Shown: positions 37,983 to 50,590, counted from the stretch's first letter. The stretch is DNA of 64,000 bases from Hormiphora californensis (GCA_020137815.1 CM035353.1:3348001-3412000); one strand, 5' to 3'. Notes: generated from the letters alone by a model not told the origin. A program made the numbers and translations.

Positions 37983-38032
37983 TTGGTGACGCGGTCACCC
38001 CTCCACTAGGGCCGCGCGAATGTCATCACCAA
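37983..38032. mobile_element. 50-bp TTGGT...ACCAA mini-element, 9-bp TSD
   Basis: TSD agtatttcc (37974-82, 38033-41); the empty site is present in the paralog at ~20750. Confidence 0.85.
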
Positions 38033-39319
38033 AGTATTTCCAAGCTCGATAATAAACGTCCAATGGAAGGAAGTTTCAGTGAGTGAGTCTGTGTTCTGCT
38101 GCGTAATGGTATTGAGTCCGTTCTGTTTAGATGGTAGAACATGTCCTCCAGTGCTTCTACCAGGTCTCAGACTCTGGATCTTCGTGCACAGTTTTCTGCA
38201 TCTGTTGGAAAACTTTGCGTCCAGTTATCTCGGACCATCGGTTGAGCCATGGGGGCTATTGGTGGAGCCGAGAAGTTCATTTCCGGTGTGAAGTAGAACG
38301 GTGGTGCGGGCGGTGGTTCAAGCAGGGTTGCTTCCTCGGCTAGCCCCGGTACAGTTGGAGCCTCGCGCATCTCCTCTTGCTAATGGTCGTCTCTTCAATT
38401 CACGTACATTTCGGTTCAATTCTATTTCACTTTGAATAACATGCCAACTTCAAGGACCTTCTCATCGTATGAACTATCTGATATATATATATATAGTAAC
38501 TATCTGATATATATATGTATAGCTACATTGTTTATTACATTTATGGGGGCCAAGTATGGTTCGACCGTACCCTGTTGACCCCTTCAGTCCTGGATTATAT
38601 AGTCTGGACAGTCGTATTCTTTCGGGATTCTGAGAGCGACATTCTCATTCTGCACTGCTTGTTTCCTTATTTCTGCTTTTAGTTGGGCTGTGGCATCGGC
38701 TGCTAGGTGAATTGGTGTATATCATCTTCGATTTCTCATTGCATTTCTTTTCTATTAGCCCTATTGATTTGCCCCAGTTGAAGCTTGAAAGCGAATACCC
38801 ATTGATACATGTACATCTGTTTTAGTATCTTGGGGCCTATTATATCATTCCGTCGCACTGTTCTTACCGACAGATCCTTGCAGATCTGTAACGTTTCTAT
38901 TTTTTCAGCCGCTGTTAGTCTCCCATTCACGTTGAGACCTTTGATCCAGATCCTCTTTACCTTGCGGGCGGTTCTTATCATGCTTCCATTTTGGTATATT
39001 TAATAATTTAATAAACGCGGTCATCCATAAATATTATTTATGGATGACCGGGTTGTTGCCGTATACGCGTAGATGAATTCTTCTACGAGGGGGCTCACTC
39101 CATAGTCCATACCTCGCGAACGTTTCCGCGATTTCCTTCCCCCCTTGGGCCCCATTTTTCTCGGTCTCCTCCAGTATTAATTGTACGTATTCTGCTGCCT
39201 TTTTCCATTTTTTCCGTCAGGGAAATGATGATGAGCGCTGTTATGTAGTGTGTCCCCTTCATGAAGAACCTGTAGAGGTTGAGAATAGTGTAACCAGACA
39301 CTTTTTTTGAGTATTTCAT

Positions 39320-39705
39320 GCCCCTTCAGACTATTGGTCTGTATTTCATGTCCCTTCGGACTATTGGTCTGTATTTCATGTCCCTTCGGACAGTTTGTCT
39401 GTATTTTACGTCCCTTCCGACTATTGGTCTGTATTTTACGTTCCTTCGGACAGTTTGTCTGTATTTTACGTCCTTTCCGACTATTGGTCTGTATTTTACG
39501 TCCCTTCGGACAGCTGGTCTGTATTTTACGTCCCTTCGGACTATTGGTCTGTATTTTACGTTCCTTCGGACAGTTTGTCTGTATTTTACGTCCCTTCCGA
39601 CTATTGGTCTGTATTTTACGTCCCTTCGAACAGTTGGTCTGTATTTTACGTCCCTTCGGACAGCTGGTCTGTATTTTACGTCCCTTCGGACAGTTGGTCT
39701 GTATA
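39320..39705. repeat. 30-bp minisatellite, ~12-13 units
   Basis: (tcccttcggactattggtctgtattttacg)n; reads QTNxPKGRKI on the minus strand; a single unit recurs at ~32497. Confidence 0.95.
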
Positions 39706-40233
39706 TATATTTTTTGGTGACGACCCAAGCAGATTTACGCCACGACAGATTTTACATATAATTTACAATTCACACTTCGTTGTGCTATTTTTGTCTGTCT
39801 GTCGTTTCGTCTAATTATTAATAACAGGACGTATGAGTTGGTATGACTTTTTAGTTCAAGCATGTCGTGGTGTGTCATGGCGACTAAAATCAGTTGTGGT
39901 TTCTCACTATATTTACTAATCTCACAGTAGATTTTCCTACTAATTTATTTAACTAGTTTCCAAAGTTCTATGACTATGCTATGAAAGACTGATTTTTTCC
40001 AACTTTGAGTATATTTTCCTCTTTTTTTCTTTAGTTAGCCAAATATGGCATCAATTTTCATAGCTCACTCTGAAATATTTCCGAGAGTGACCGGTCTACA
40101 TTTTGTCTGTTTATTGTGGTCGCGCTTCGTGCTCTAATTTGGGGTTGTCCCGCTCTCTCTCTCTCTCATGTGTGAGATGTTCGTGGAGCTAAATGTTATT
40201 TCTTTTTCGTGTTCTAGGTTTTCTAATTGTTAT

Positions 40234-40900
40234 TTAGTTCTTCATATATAAGACATTTTCGGTTAACCTCATCTTCTTTGCTGGTGTTGCAGGTGGGGTT
40301 CTAGTCGGTTTTGGAAGGGTGTTTTCGTTTATTCTGTCTGAGAATCTAACTCTATTTCTTAAATCGGGCATGCTTCGATACGTATCTACGATTGATGGGG
40401 CTGAGGCGGTTGGTGTGGGTGGTAATGCTCTTTCTCTTTCTTCACTAAAAGTTTCCATGGGTATGTGTCTAGATGACGTACTAGATGGGCTTTTAAATAC
40501 TCTCGCGCGGTAACACTGTCTTATTATGATTAATGCAATGACTGTGAGTACAATTGCTACCAGTCCTGACCATTTAAGTACAGTCGGACCCCGATTTAAC
40601 GGCACCATCGGGGGAAAGGGTTTTGTCCGTTAAATCGGGGTGTCCGCTAAATCGGGGTCAAATATTGTTAATTTCTTATATCGGGGGAAGATTATGCTGC
40701 CGTTAAATCGGGGTGCCGCTAAATCGGGGGCTGTTAAATCGGGGTCCGACTGTACTTCATCTAGGGTGCTATATTTCCAACATCACTTATTTCATACTCC
40801 TTTAGTGATTATATTATGGTGTCAACAATAGATTTTAATTGTTTATCGAATATTTGAACAAGATTACTTACGTTTTTTTCTTTTTATTTCGTTTGCTGTT
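40234..40900 (-). pseudogene. Env-like type I membrane protein C-terminus, split by a MITE and frameshift
   Basis: After removing MITE 40581-40752: NVSNLVQIFDKQLKSIVDTII*SLKEYEISDVGN/YSTLDEVLKWSGLVAIVLTVIALIIIRQCYRAR plus a cytoplasmic tail. A paralog lies at 32583-33060. Confidence 0.5.
40581..40752. mobile_element. Tc1/pogo-type MITE (CAGTCGGACCCCGATTTA)
   Basis: TIRs and TA TSD; empty site in the paralog at ~32668. Other copies at ~44206-44287, ~54562-54634, 54647-54818 and 57796-57951. Confidence 0.9.
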
Positions 40901-43350
40901 CGGGCCACGAACTCCTCCCAGGGGACAACTTCAGGCATCTCCATGTTAATGTGGATGGTTTGGGCGCGCGAACATGGGGGGCGCGACGTGCCCAAGTGGA
41001 TGGTGGGCTCGTATATTTACTGTAATACACGGTTACCCAACACGTCACCATGCTATATGTCTCCCACGGGAGAAACTCGGTGCCCTGTTCACCCGTCGGT
41101 CTAATGTTGTTATGGTACTTGATGTTTTCATGGCACTAACCTCGCTCTCAATATAGATCAAGACGCCTGCTGTGGTGAAGCTTGCTCTATTCATGCTTTC
41201 TACTAATTTAATTTCGCAATCGCGTTGTAGACAAGGAACTGATACATGCTCTTTGGTGGATTTATCGCTTGAAGGCCGAGAGAGAGCAAACCGTCCGTTT
41301 CCTAGTTGTTTGTTAGTTTGTTGGATAATTCAAGACACAGAAAGAAAAGAAACACAGTCTTAACAAAATTAAATTAACTAACATAAATCACATTATGTCT
41401 TGAGGTTGGATCCTGCCACCCAACTAGACTTATTTTTTCCCCTATCGGGACTGCCTCGTCATGAAAGAATGCTAGCCGCTCTCCTTCTTTTTTCATGGTG
41501 AGCCTGAGCTTCCCGCCCCGTTCAAGACACCGCTCAACGCTCCACTTTCCCTTAATCCTGGTCCTCCACACACGCCTTCTCCTCCTCGTGGATGAATCGT
41601 TTACAATTTTTATTTATGACTTGCTACCTTTGATGTTGGCTGCAGTTTGTAGAAAAAAATATATAAAAAGATGCCGAAAAGAAAAAAAAGAAGAAAAAAA
41701 AAGAAAAAGAAGAAAAAAGAAGAAAAAAGAAGAAAAAAAAGGAAAAAAAAAAAAGGAAAAAAAACTCAATTCACTTATATTATAAGTTATAAAGTAAAAC
41801 CGCAACATTATGCATAATATATTTTGTGCGTTCTGTGTGGTGAAACGTAATGCGGGTGGTCAGTTCGGGCAGTCTATTCGGGTTTTCCTTTCGAGCCCCC
41901 GACGGACTCGGAGACGTGATTTTTACTAGTCGTGACAAAAAGTCGCAAAAAGGGTAAGAACGATGCTGTTTAGTTGCTCTTGCAGGACTGCATGACTTGC
42001 TACCTTTGCTGGTGACTATACAATGAAACGTAATGCGCAGATCAATCTTTTGGGAGGTAAGTTCGGGCAGTCTATTCGGGCTCAGGGCTCTCCTTTCGAG
42101 CCCCCGTAATCCCCTATGTAAGAGCTAGTCACGACTAGTCTAAGTCACGACTAGTAAAAGTCACGACTAGTAAAAGTCACGTCTCATATAATATTATCTT
42201 CTTACTAGTAATAAGAAAGGAGGCTATGTCAATACGAGCTATAATTAAGTCGTGCATTCATTGACTAATGATCCATTATATGACAGTAGCATTATAACAG
42301 CTACTCGATTATTGGCGACTAAGAGAGCGAGGGCGAGTAGCTGTTATAATCGGGAGCTTAGTTAGTTGGGTATTGTAAAGCCATGCTGCGTCTAGCTACC
42401 ATCCTTTTATTAGAAGAATTATACAAGTTTTACTTGTATGGTTTTTATTTTTTTATCTGGGCCTGTCGGCTTGGCCACTTTGTTTAAGGTGGGATCAGGG
42501 ATGGGTTGAAATTGGTCTTGAGACAAACACCAAGTCTAGCCACCAACAAATCCAATATATATAATACTAGTGCACCCATTGGGTGCGCCTCAAGTAAGGG
42601 CTTTAACCCACCCGGCTTCGCCGGGTGGTTCTTTTCACCCCTTTCAATGTCAATAACACGGTTGCCATGGCAACTGAATTGGTAACTATGGGGACTGGCA
42701 TGTTAAAAGGCATTCGAAAATATTAACAAACTTCCACTGGAAGTACCAAAAGTGTAAATGGCAGCTTTACAGCTTTGGGCACATAGAGTGTTTTATGAAG
42801 GAGCAGTCTGTCGCTTAGATACCGCTGAACGAACGACCACCACTTCGACGTTCATCTCCAAATTATAATAGAGATAATAGATCGGTTCTGTGTGTCTGAT
42901 TCTCCCTCACCATCGTCTCGATCTGGTCTCTATTTCCCTCTCTCACCTGCTCTCATTATCCCTTTTTCACCATCTCTTCCGATCAACAAATTTGACTTTT
43001 TTGATCTCAGAACCAACATTTTTGCAATAGAACAATGAAACTTTTACTTAGTAAAACATAAAAACAAAGAAAATGTTAAAAGTTTCCAAATTTCCTCCCC
43101 GCAAATCAAAAAGACCATCACATTACCCCGAGAAGTCTTGTAAGAAACAAAAAAATGCGATTTACCAGGTCGAGAAGGTCTTGGTTTGGGATAGGGTGGC
43201 ATATTGAAGTTGATCTAGAACAATTTGTACTTTTTGCGCCTCAAAGGTCAGGTGTCCTATATATAGGCGAGGTCTAATAGGCAAAGTTATACGGAGTTAT
43301 AGCGAAGTCGTAAGACGTAACTTCACTGAAGCTATCTGATTTTTAGCGTT

Positions 43351-44033
43351 ATGTTTGGTATTTTGCTTTTGCTCCTGTCAACTTCTGATGGTAAGTCCTT
43401 TCAAGTTGCTGTGAGCAAGGCTACAGCGAGATCACAATTACAAGACCTAAAGCCTGAAAATGTACTGGATGGCGACATTTCCACGCAATTCCACTCGAGT
43501 CTCGATGGTAATCCGGAGTATCTGAAGTTGACTCTTTCTAGAGAGACTGATGTGGAGAAGGTGGTCATCGTTAACAAGTAATTTGAAATTATATAGTTTT
43601 GTTTTTTATTATTCCCCTGCCTTCTTGAATTTACGATAAATGTTAGAACGTTCTGGTACATGCATGTACGCCTTCTTCCATATTTAAACTTTCGACATTC
43701 TAAATTATTCCTTATGTAGATTCAAACAATTTTGCTACATACCAACTTTATCAATCACTTATAGGTTTGAAGGAGTTAATGAACAGTCTCTAAAGCGACT
43801 AAAAGGTACCCAAGTGAAACTCATCGGACCATCATTAACCCAAACCACCTGTGGTACTATCAACTCTGTCAGTCTGGTGGCAGACTTGGAACACCAGACC
43901 TACACAGTTCCCTGTCCTGCCACCTCGGAACCCACCATTGCTGTATTCCTGTACGATGACTTCAGGGAAGGTGATGGAGGCCGAATTATTATTCGATTAG
44001 TAGAAGTGATGATCTTTACCTCTACAACACCAG
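43351..44033 (+). CDS. Secreted F-type lectin / discoidin (F5/8C-like) domain protein, 5' exons
   Basis: Exons 43351-43577 and 43765-44033 are in phase. Signal peptide MFGILLLLLSTSDG, then ...ENVLDG...FHS...EYLKLTL...VEKVVIVNK-FEG...KRLKG...TCG...VPC...LVEVMIF. Downstream exons not found. Confidence 0.8.
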
Positions 44034-45460
44034 GTATATGATTATGGCATATTATTTAATTGACGTGCTACCGTTCCACCACCACTATAATCACAACATA
44101 CCAATTCTTCAATCCCACAACCCCTTAATATCCAACCATGGTCGAATTTAACTCAGATATGTCAGTTGGATGTGTTTTCAATTTCCTTAAAAACTTAAAA
44201 GTGAATTCGGACCCCGATTTAACGGCACCCCGATTTAACGGACAAATCCCTTTCTCACGAGGGTGCCGTTAAATCGGGGTCCGACTGTATACAATCAAAA
44301 TATCGAATCGAAAAATTTCGATATCAAAATATCAAAGTAATACAAGATTTAATATCGTTTACTCAAGTTTCATGCTTTCACAATCATCAGAACAATTGTG
44401 AAAGCATGAAACTTGAGTAAATGATTATTAAATCTTGTATTACTTTGTAATCATCTCCATAATCTTGATCCTGTCGAGCGCTTTACCAGAAATCCCTTTA
44501 CAAGCAAAGATATCAAAATATCGATATCGATATCGAATCGAAATTTTTCGATATCGAAATATCGAATTGATATTGAATTGAAAAAATTTTCGATATCAAA
44601 ATATCAAATCGATATCAAATCGAAATTTTTTGATAAAAATATCGATATTGAATCAAAAAATAAAATGTGATTTCGCTGACTCCTACACAAAAACAAAAAA
44701 ATAAATATAACAGTAACATCTTCACTGTAAAAAACTTACAGCATCCAAAATGTAACCTAAAAATGTAAGTATATTATGTCCTGATTTGTTTATTCTAGTT
44801 CCAAAATCTCCACCTTCTCCCTTCTAAAGGGTTTGAACAAACTAAGTGATCTGTGCGGCTAGGATTCACAGATATCTTTGTTAGAGAGGAGGAGGTGTGT
44901 CGTGTTATACCTCCCGTACTTCCACCCACTTGCTGTGGAGTGTGGCTGGGGAGTAGCGAGAGGAGGGGCATGGTGATTGTAGCTGGGAAGTGGGATTCAT
45001 GTGGGATTGTGAAATAATGCACTGTATGTATGCGCTCTGTGATGTGGATGAGCTGTTTGCACTGTGCCCAATCAGTCGGAAATCTCATGTCCTCGTCAAT
45101 ACAAATTAAATTCGCTTTATCAGTCGCTGTGTGATAAACTTAAGTCATTGTGTCACAACTTAATTTAAATGTTCAAGACTTACGACGACTGTTGAATTCA
45201 CAAATAGGCAAGTCTGAAGTGGTGTACTTTTTGGTATCCGCTAAGAAACTGCAGGTAACGACATCATCTCCTACCAGATTCAAAATATCGCCATCCCGGG
45301 AACAGGTTACAGTCAGGTGGTCTCCGTCATTTTGAATTGGGCCCCAGGAACCAGAGTTGGGAATGATAAACTCATGGCAACCTATTGGATAATGTAAAAA
45401 GTGATGAATGTTGCCAGATGTTGGTTGTTTTCATTTGTCTTGGAAAACTTTTTATTTATT

Positions 45461-48400
45461 TTATTTATCCATCCTTTTATTACACAAGCTAATAATACTC
45501 CGATTGGCTGGGAACACAGCGGGTAAGTTCAGTCACAAAAGTTCAAAAATTACCTTTGGTGCAAATAGGCGCATCACTGCTCCACTCCGCATCAGTACTA
45601 GAGACAGCATTACAAGTAAGAACACTCTCACCCTGTAACTCAAAGAAATCTGCACAGGAAACTGTCGTGATATCTCCAATATCCGCCGATTCGTATTGGA
45701 TGAGTGTACTGTTAGCAATCGTCAGACCAGGACAAACTGAACGCGAAAAGTGAAATTAAACCGTGTCTGAACTCTGAACCGTTTAATTTAAACCGTATAG
45801 CCACCTCAGGTCCAGGCCACGGCTATTTTCCACTGAGACAATATGAAATCTCAGGTTTCAGTGACGGCTTTTCCCTTAAATCTCAGGGAATAGGTCTCAG
45901 TGGAAAATAGCCGTGGCCTGAACCTGAGGTTCATGCACGACTGTTTTCCCCATTACATTATTGCAGCCCTGTAAATCCCGAGCGGATAGTGAGGGGTTTA
46001 CCGCGGTACATACTTAATGAACTTACCAATTTTATCACACTGCGGTACATCACTTGACCATGATCCATCATCCTGACAAGACAGTGTTGCACTTCCCACA
46101 TAGGATATGGGTGGCAACACATTCGATAATGGCAGTTGTCCCTGTTGGTGAGGCAGCCCAGCTTCCTTGTGTTGATCCCTCAACAGTAAAGGCAGGACAG
46201 TCGACTGATTCTGAATGGAAATAGTAATTGGTGTGAGTTCATTAGGTATACACATTATACTTGATCAAATAACTTGCGTAATACCAAAGCTCTCATGTAC
46301 AGTGTGTACACTGTGTGTACTGTACAGTGTACACTGTACAGTACACACAGTGTACACTGTACACTGCACACTGCAGTACTGCAGTACTACTACAATTGCA
46401 CAAGTGATATCGACTAAATTTAGAGTTTAGAACCTTAGGCTATAAGCATACTGATCGTGATGATCATAATCAGTTAAAAAGATGAAGTGTGCTCATGGTT
46501 TTGATCATCATCATCTGCAAAAAACATCTGCGGAACATTATGATCATCACGTAAGAGCTGGCCCTGGAGCCGTCTCTTAAGTTGGATGATGATCATCAAC
46601 ACCTAGTGTGCGCACGTTCTGATCTTATTCTTATGGAGGGCTGCACTGTAGTCATGTGATATGTACCACGTGGTACGACTTCGCGCGCGCGAGAGGCTGT
46701 TGTACAGGTCACGTGATATGCAACAACCTCTCAGAGCGCGCGACTCGCAAAGGGGGAGATAGCATCATCATGCTGAGCACACTGGTCATGATGATCATGA
46801 TCAAAAGGCAAGTTCCAACAAGTTGAGTATAGTTTATGATGATCAAACCTGCGCACACTATGGTTTATGATGATCAAACGTGAACACACTATGGTTTGAG
46901 AGCATCATGATGCATCAAGCCTCCATCATGATGATAACCATCAGTGTGTGCGCTTCTTTGATGGTGACCATCAAAATCTCCGCACACTGACCTGATTATG
47001 ATCATCACGATCAGTATGCTTATAGCCTTACCTGCTCTGTAGTAGTCAGATGCTGTGTCAGATTTGCTATAAAACCGAATCTTCTCCACAACATCACCAC
47101 CCCACTCTGTAACACAGCTGCTTAGTGAACTATGTGCAAACACTAAGTTCACCACCTCCACATTGTTACATGTGATGATCCAGGCGGTCTCTGTTTTGGT
47201 GATCGTCCAGATCTTATTCACTTCCGCCGGGGGTTGTACTGGCAGGTCTGTCCAGCTTTTGCAGTGGCCTATATAATACTGGATTGGGGAGAGGAACCGC
47301 ACAGCCACACCAGCGATAATTCTGCTGTCGCTATAAATCCACACAATAATCTTCTCATCACTGCCCAGTGTAGAGTCCGTCTTTATCTGGAGAGGTGTTC
47401 CCTCCAGGTCCCAGGGTGGATTCACAACTATCCAGTCTGAAATAAAGTACTACACGTATCTCAAAAGGGAAAAATTCTACAGCTGCTTAAGATTAGGGAA
47501 ATTTCTAGTTGCCACGGCCGTTAAATGCTAATCATATCCGGGCATATCGCGTCCCAGACATTTCCACGTGCAAATTAAGGGGTTGTTATGGTTGGTTGGC
47601 AAGGGGGTTGGTGGGGAGACTGGATACTACCGAATCAGCAAGAACACACCACCCACCAATCCGCACGTGTAATGCACGTGCGGGTTCGGTGTTTTATATT
47701 GGGTATTCTAGCACGGGGACAGTGATTTTCTCTAGATTTGCGATCGGTACGATCGCCCAAGTTTTCAGTACATTAAATTTAGACCCTTACCCGCTCTGTA
47801 GAAGTCGGCAACTTGGTTATTTTGGTAAAACACAATTTGCTCCACAACATCACCACCCCACTTTGCACCACAGTCGCTACTTGAACTATCTGCGAACAGG
47901 TAGTTCACCACCTCAACATTGTTACATGTGATGATGAGGGCAGTCTCTGTTTTGGTGAACGTCCAGATCTTATCCACCTCCACCGGGGGTTGTACTGGCA
48001 GGAACTCGGTGACGTTGCTGGTGCAGTATTTTATGAAAAACCCCATTGGGGAGGATAACAGTACTCGCATAGTAGATATATAGTTGCTGTCCTTGTCGAA
48101 CATCCCCATTGAGATTTGTTTACCACTGCCCAATACAGAGTCTGTCTTTATCTGGATAGGTGTTCCCTCCAGGTCCCAGGGTATCTTCACACCATGCTCA
48201 ACAGCTGTCCAGTCTGAAACGCAAAAAAGTACCAGCCTCTAAAAGCAATCTAGTGCTTACAAAGCATACTGATCGTGATGATCATAATCAGTTAAAAAGA
48301 TGAAGTGTGCTCATGGTTTTGATCATCATCATCTGCAAAAAACTGCAGTGTGCGGAACATTATGATCATCACGTATAAGAGCTGGCCCTGGAGCCGTCTC

Positions 48401-49384
48401 TTAAGTTGAATGATGATCATCAACACCTAGTGTGCGCACGTTCTGATCTTATTCTTATGGAGGGCTGCACTGTAGTCATGTGATATGTACCACGTGGTAC
48501 GACTTCGCGCGCTCTGAGAGGCTGTTGTACAGGTCACGTGATATGCAACAGCCTCTCAGAGCGCGCGACTAGGCAAGGGGGAGATACCATCATCATGCTG
48601 AGCACACTGGTCATGATGATCATGATCAAAAGGCAAGTTCCAGCAAGTTGAGCATGGTTTATGATGATCAAACGTGCGCACACTATGGTTTATGATGATC
48701 AAACGTGAACACACTATGGTTTGAGAACATCATGATGCATCAAGCCTCCATCATGATGATAACCATCAGTGTGTGCGCTCCTTTGATGGTGACCATCAAA
48801 ACGTCCGCACACTGACCTGATTATGATCATCACGATCAGTATGCTTATAGCCTATTGCTAACAAATCTAATAGATCACGCGCGTCTGACGTAATTATAGG
48901 CCCTTGTATTAATATTATAGATGGTATGATATTTCATGAAATTTAGACCCATACCTGCTCTGTAAAAGTCCGATGCTGTATCGCCACTGTAAAACTCAAT
49001 GTACTTCACAACATCACCATCCAACCCTTTGGAACAGGCACTATGTGGACTATCGGCAAACAGGTAGTTCAGCACCTCGACACCATTACATGTGATGATG
49101 AGGGCGGTCTCTGTTTTGTTAAACGTCCAGATCTTATCCACCTCTTCTCCTGGTGGCTGCACTGGCAGGTCTTTGTAGCTGTCGCTTGTGTAACTGCACA
49201 CCTTATACTTCATTGGGGAGGAGAACTTCACATTCACAAAACTGAGATAGGTGCTGTCCTTGTCGTACATCTGAACATTGATAATTTCATCACTACCCAC
49301 TGTGGAGTCTGTCTTTATTTGGAGAGGTGTTGCCTCCATGTCACAGGGTATCGTCCCAGTAGTCCTGCTTAACAGCTGTCCAGC
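45461..49384 (-). CDS. Multidomain extracellular protein: 3x 'WDLEGTPLQIKTDS' domain + 2x sushi/CCP (two +1 frameshifts; possible pseudogene)
   Basis: Phase-1 exons 49384-48955 (430 nt), 48213-47791, 47436-47032, 46210-46027 (184 nt, sushi CPAF...C...LSCQDDGSWSSDVPQC) and 45736-45554 (sushi CPGL...SC...LTC...WSSDAPIC), with a putative last exon 45507-45461 followed by AATAAA. Confidence 0.8.
46438..47027. mobile_element. PIF/Harbinger (Tourist-like) MITE
   Basis: 36-bp TIRs ggctataagcatactgatcgtgatgatcataatcag with TTA TSD; a second, left-truncated copy is at 48262-48852. Confidence 0.85.
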
Positions 49385-50179
49385 CTGAAATATAATCACT
49401 AAAAGTAGTCTAGTATGGTGCAACCCAACATAAAAAAAAAAAAACTGTTTTATTTTGATTTGATTTGATTTTCAAATGTACTTAGTACATTTGGTGCAGT
49501 ACCTTAATGTTTTGTTATATGTAAAGCTGGCATAAAATTAACGTGTCATGAATTAACAATTAGGTCGCGTTATTTTTTGGTAATAAGGTAAAGCAAATGC
49601 ATTTATCACACATTTAATAAACTACAAATCATCTTGTTCGACCCTCCTTCCCCGCGCCCCGGGGGAGTTTGAACAAAACAAAAATCATCAAACATTTATC
49701 AAACATATACATGTATTTGATATAATTTTTTTGCAAACCTGCAGTGAGAAAAATTGTTCCACCAGAGTAGTTTAAAGAAAGGCGAAGAACTATCATGTTA
49801 AAAACACATACAATGAAAAATGGGTTAGAATATTGATCACAGTGTTGAGGTATAAACATTGATGACACATTAGCCATTGATGACACATTCGTGTTATACT
49901 GTTATAAGGAAAGGAAGGGAACACAGCTACAAATCTTTGTATAACACAAAGATCATCTGGGATCCAGACAGGGAGAGGCGAGAGAGTTATATTTAGTTTG
50001 CTCCATACAACTGGAGAACAACTATTGCTATAACGTGCCAACCAATGGCGTGCTAGGTAAAAAGCCACGTGTCCCTCACGTGATCCAGCTTTCAGCTATT
50101 CATGGGAGAACGCGTCGATCAGTACAGAAGGAGGAATTGTAAGAGAAGAACTGAACAGAGGGAGAGCAGTCGAATGAGA

Positions 50180-50420
<241 letters not shown>

Positions 50421-50590
50421 GTCGAACGAGAGAAAGAAAAGGCGAGAGAGCTAATGGATCTTTGTTTTGTTCAAACAAGGCAAATGGATCTCAGCCGAAC
50501 TTGGGAAATCGGACCAATTCATGGGTTTAAAAAAGTACTGCAGAGAGAGTGGTAGCGTCCGTCTCCCATGTGGCAAACGTCCTGTGTGAC

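Larger units (their letters stand above)
30552..42950 (-). mobile_element. Tandem, deleted copies of a degenerate multi-ORF retroelement-like family (also 20200-21980)
   Basis: The same blocks recur at 30.55-31.55, 31.55-32.48 and 36.78-38.6 kb and at 20.4-21.98 kb. They contain Gag-like, DAG-motif, env-like and unknown ORF remnants with stops and frameshifts. No RT, integrase or LTR identified. Confidence 0.5.

Noticed and set aside
39320-39705. Possible CRISPR array (also 62475-62767)
   Set aside because: Head-to-tail repeats without unique spacers, no cas genes, eukaryotic context.
44795-45088. ORF ending RRWRFWN, homeodomain-like at a glance
   Set aside because: No helix-1/2 pattern or WFQNRR context, and no splice support.
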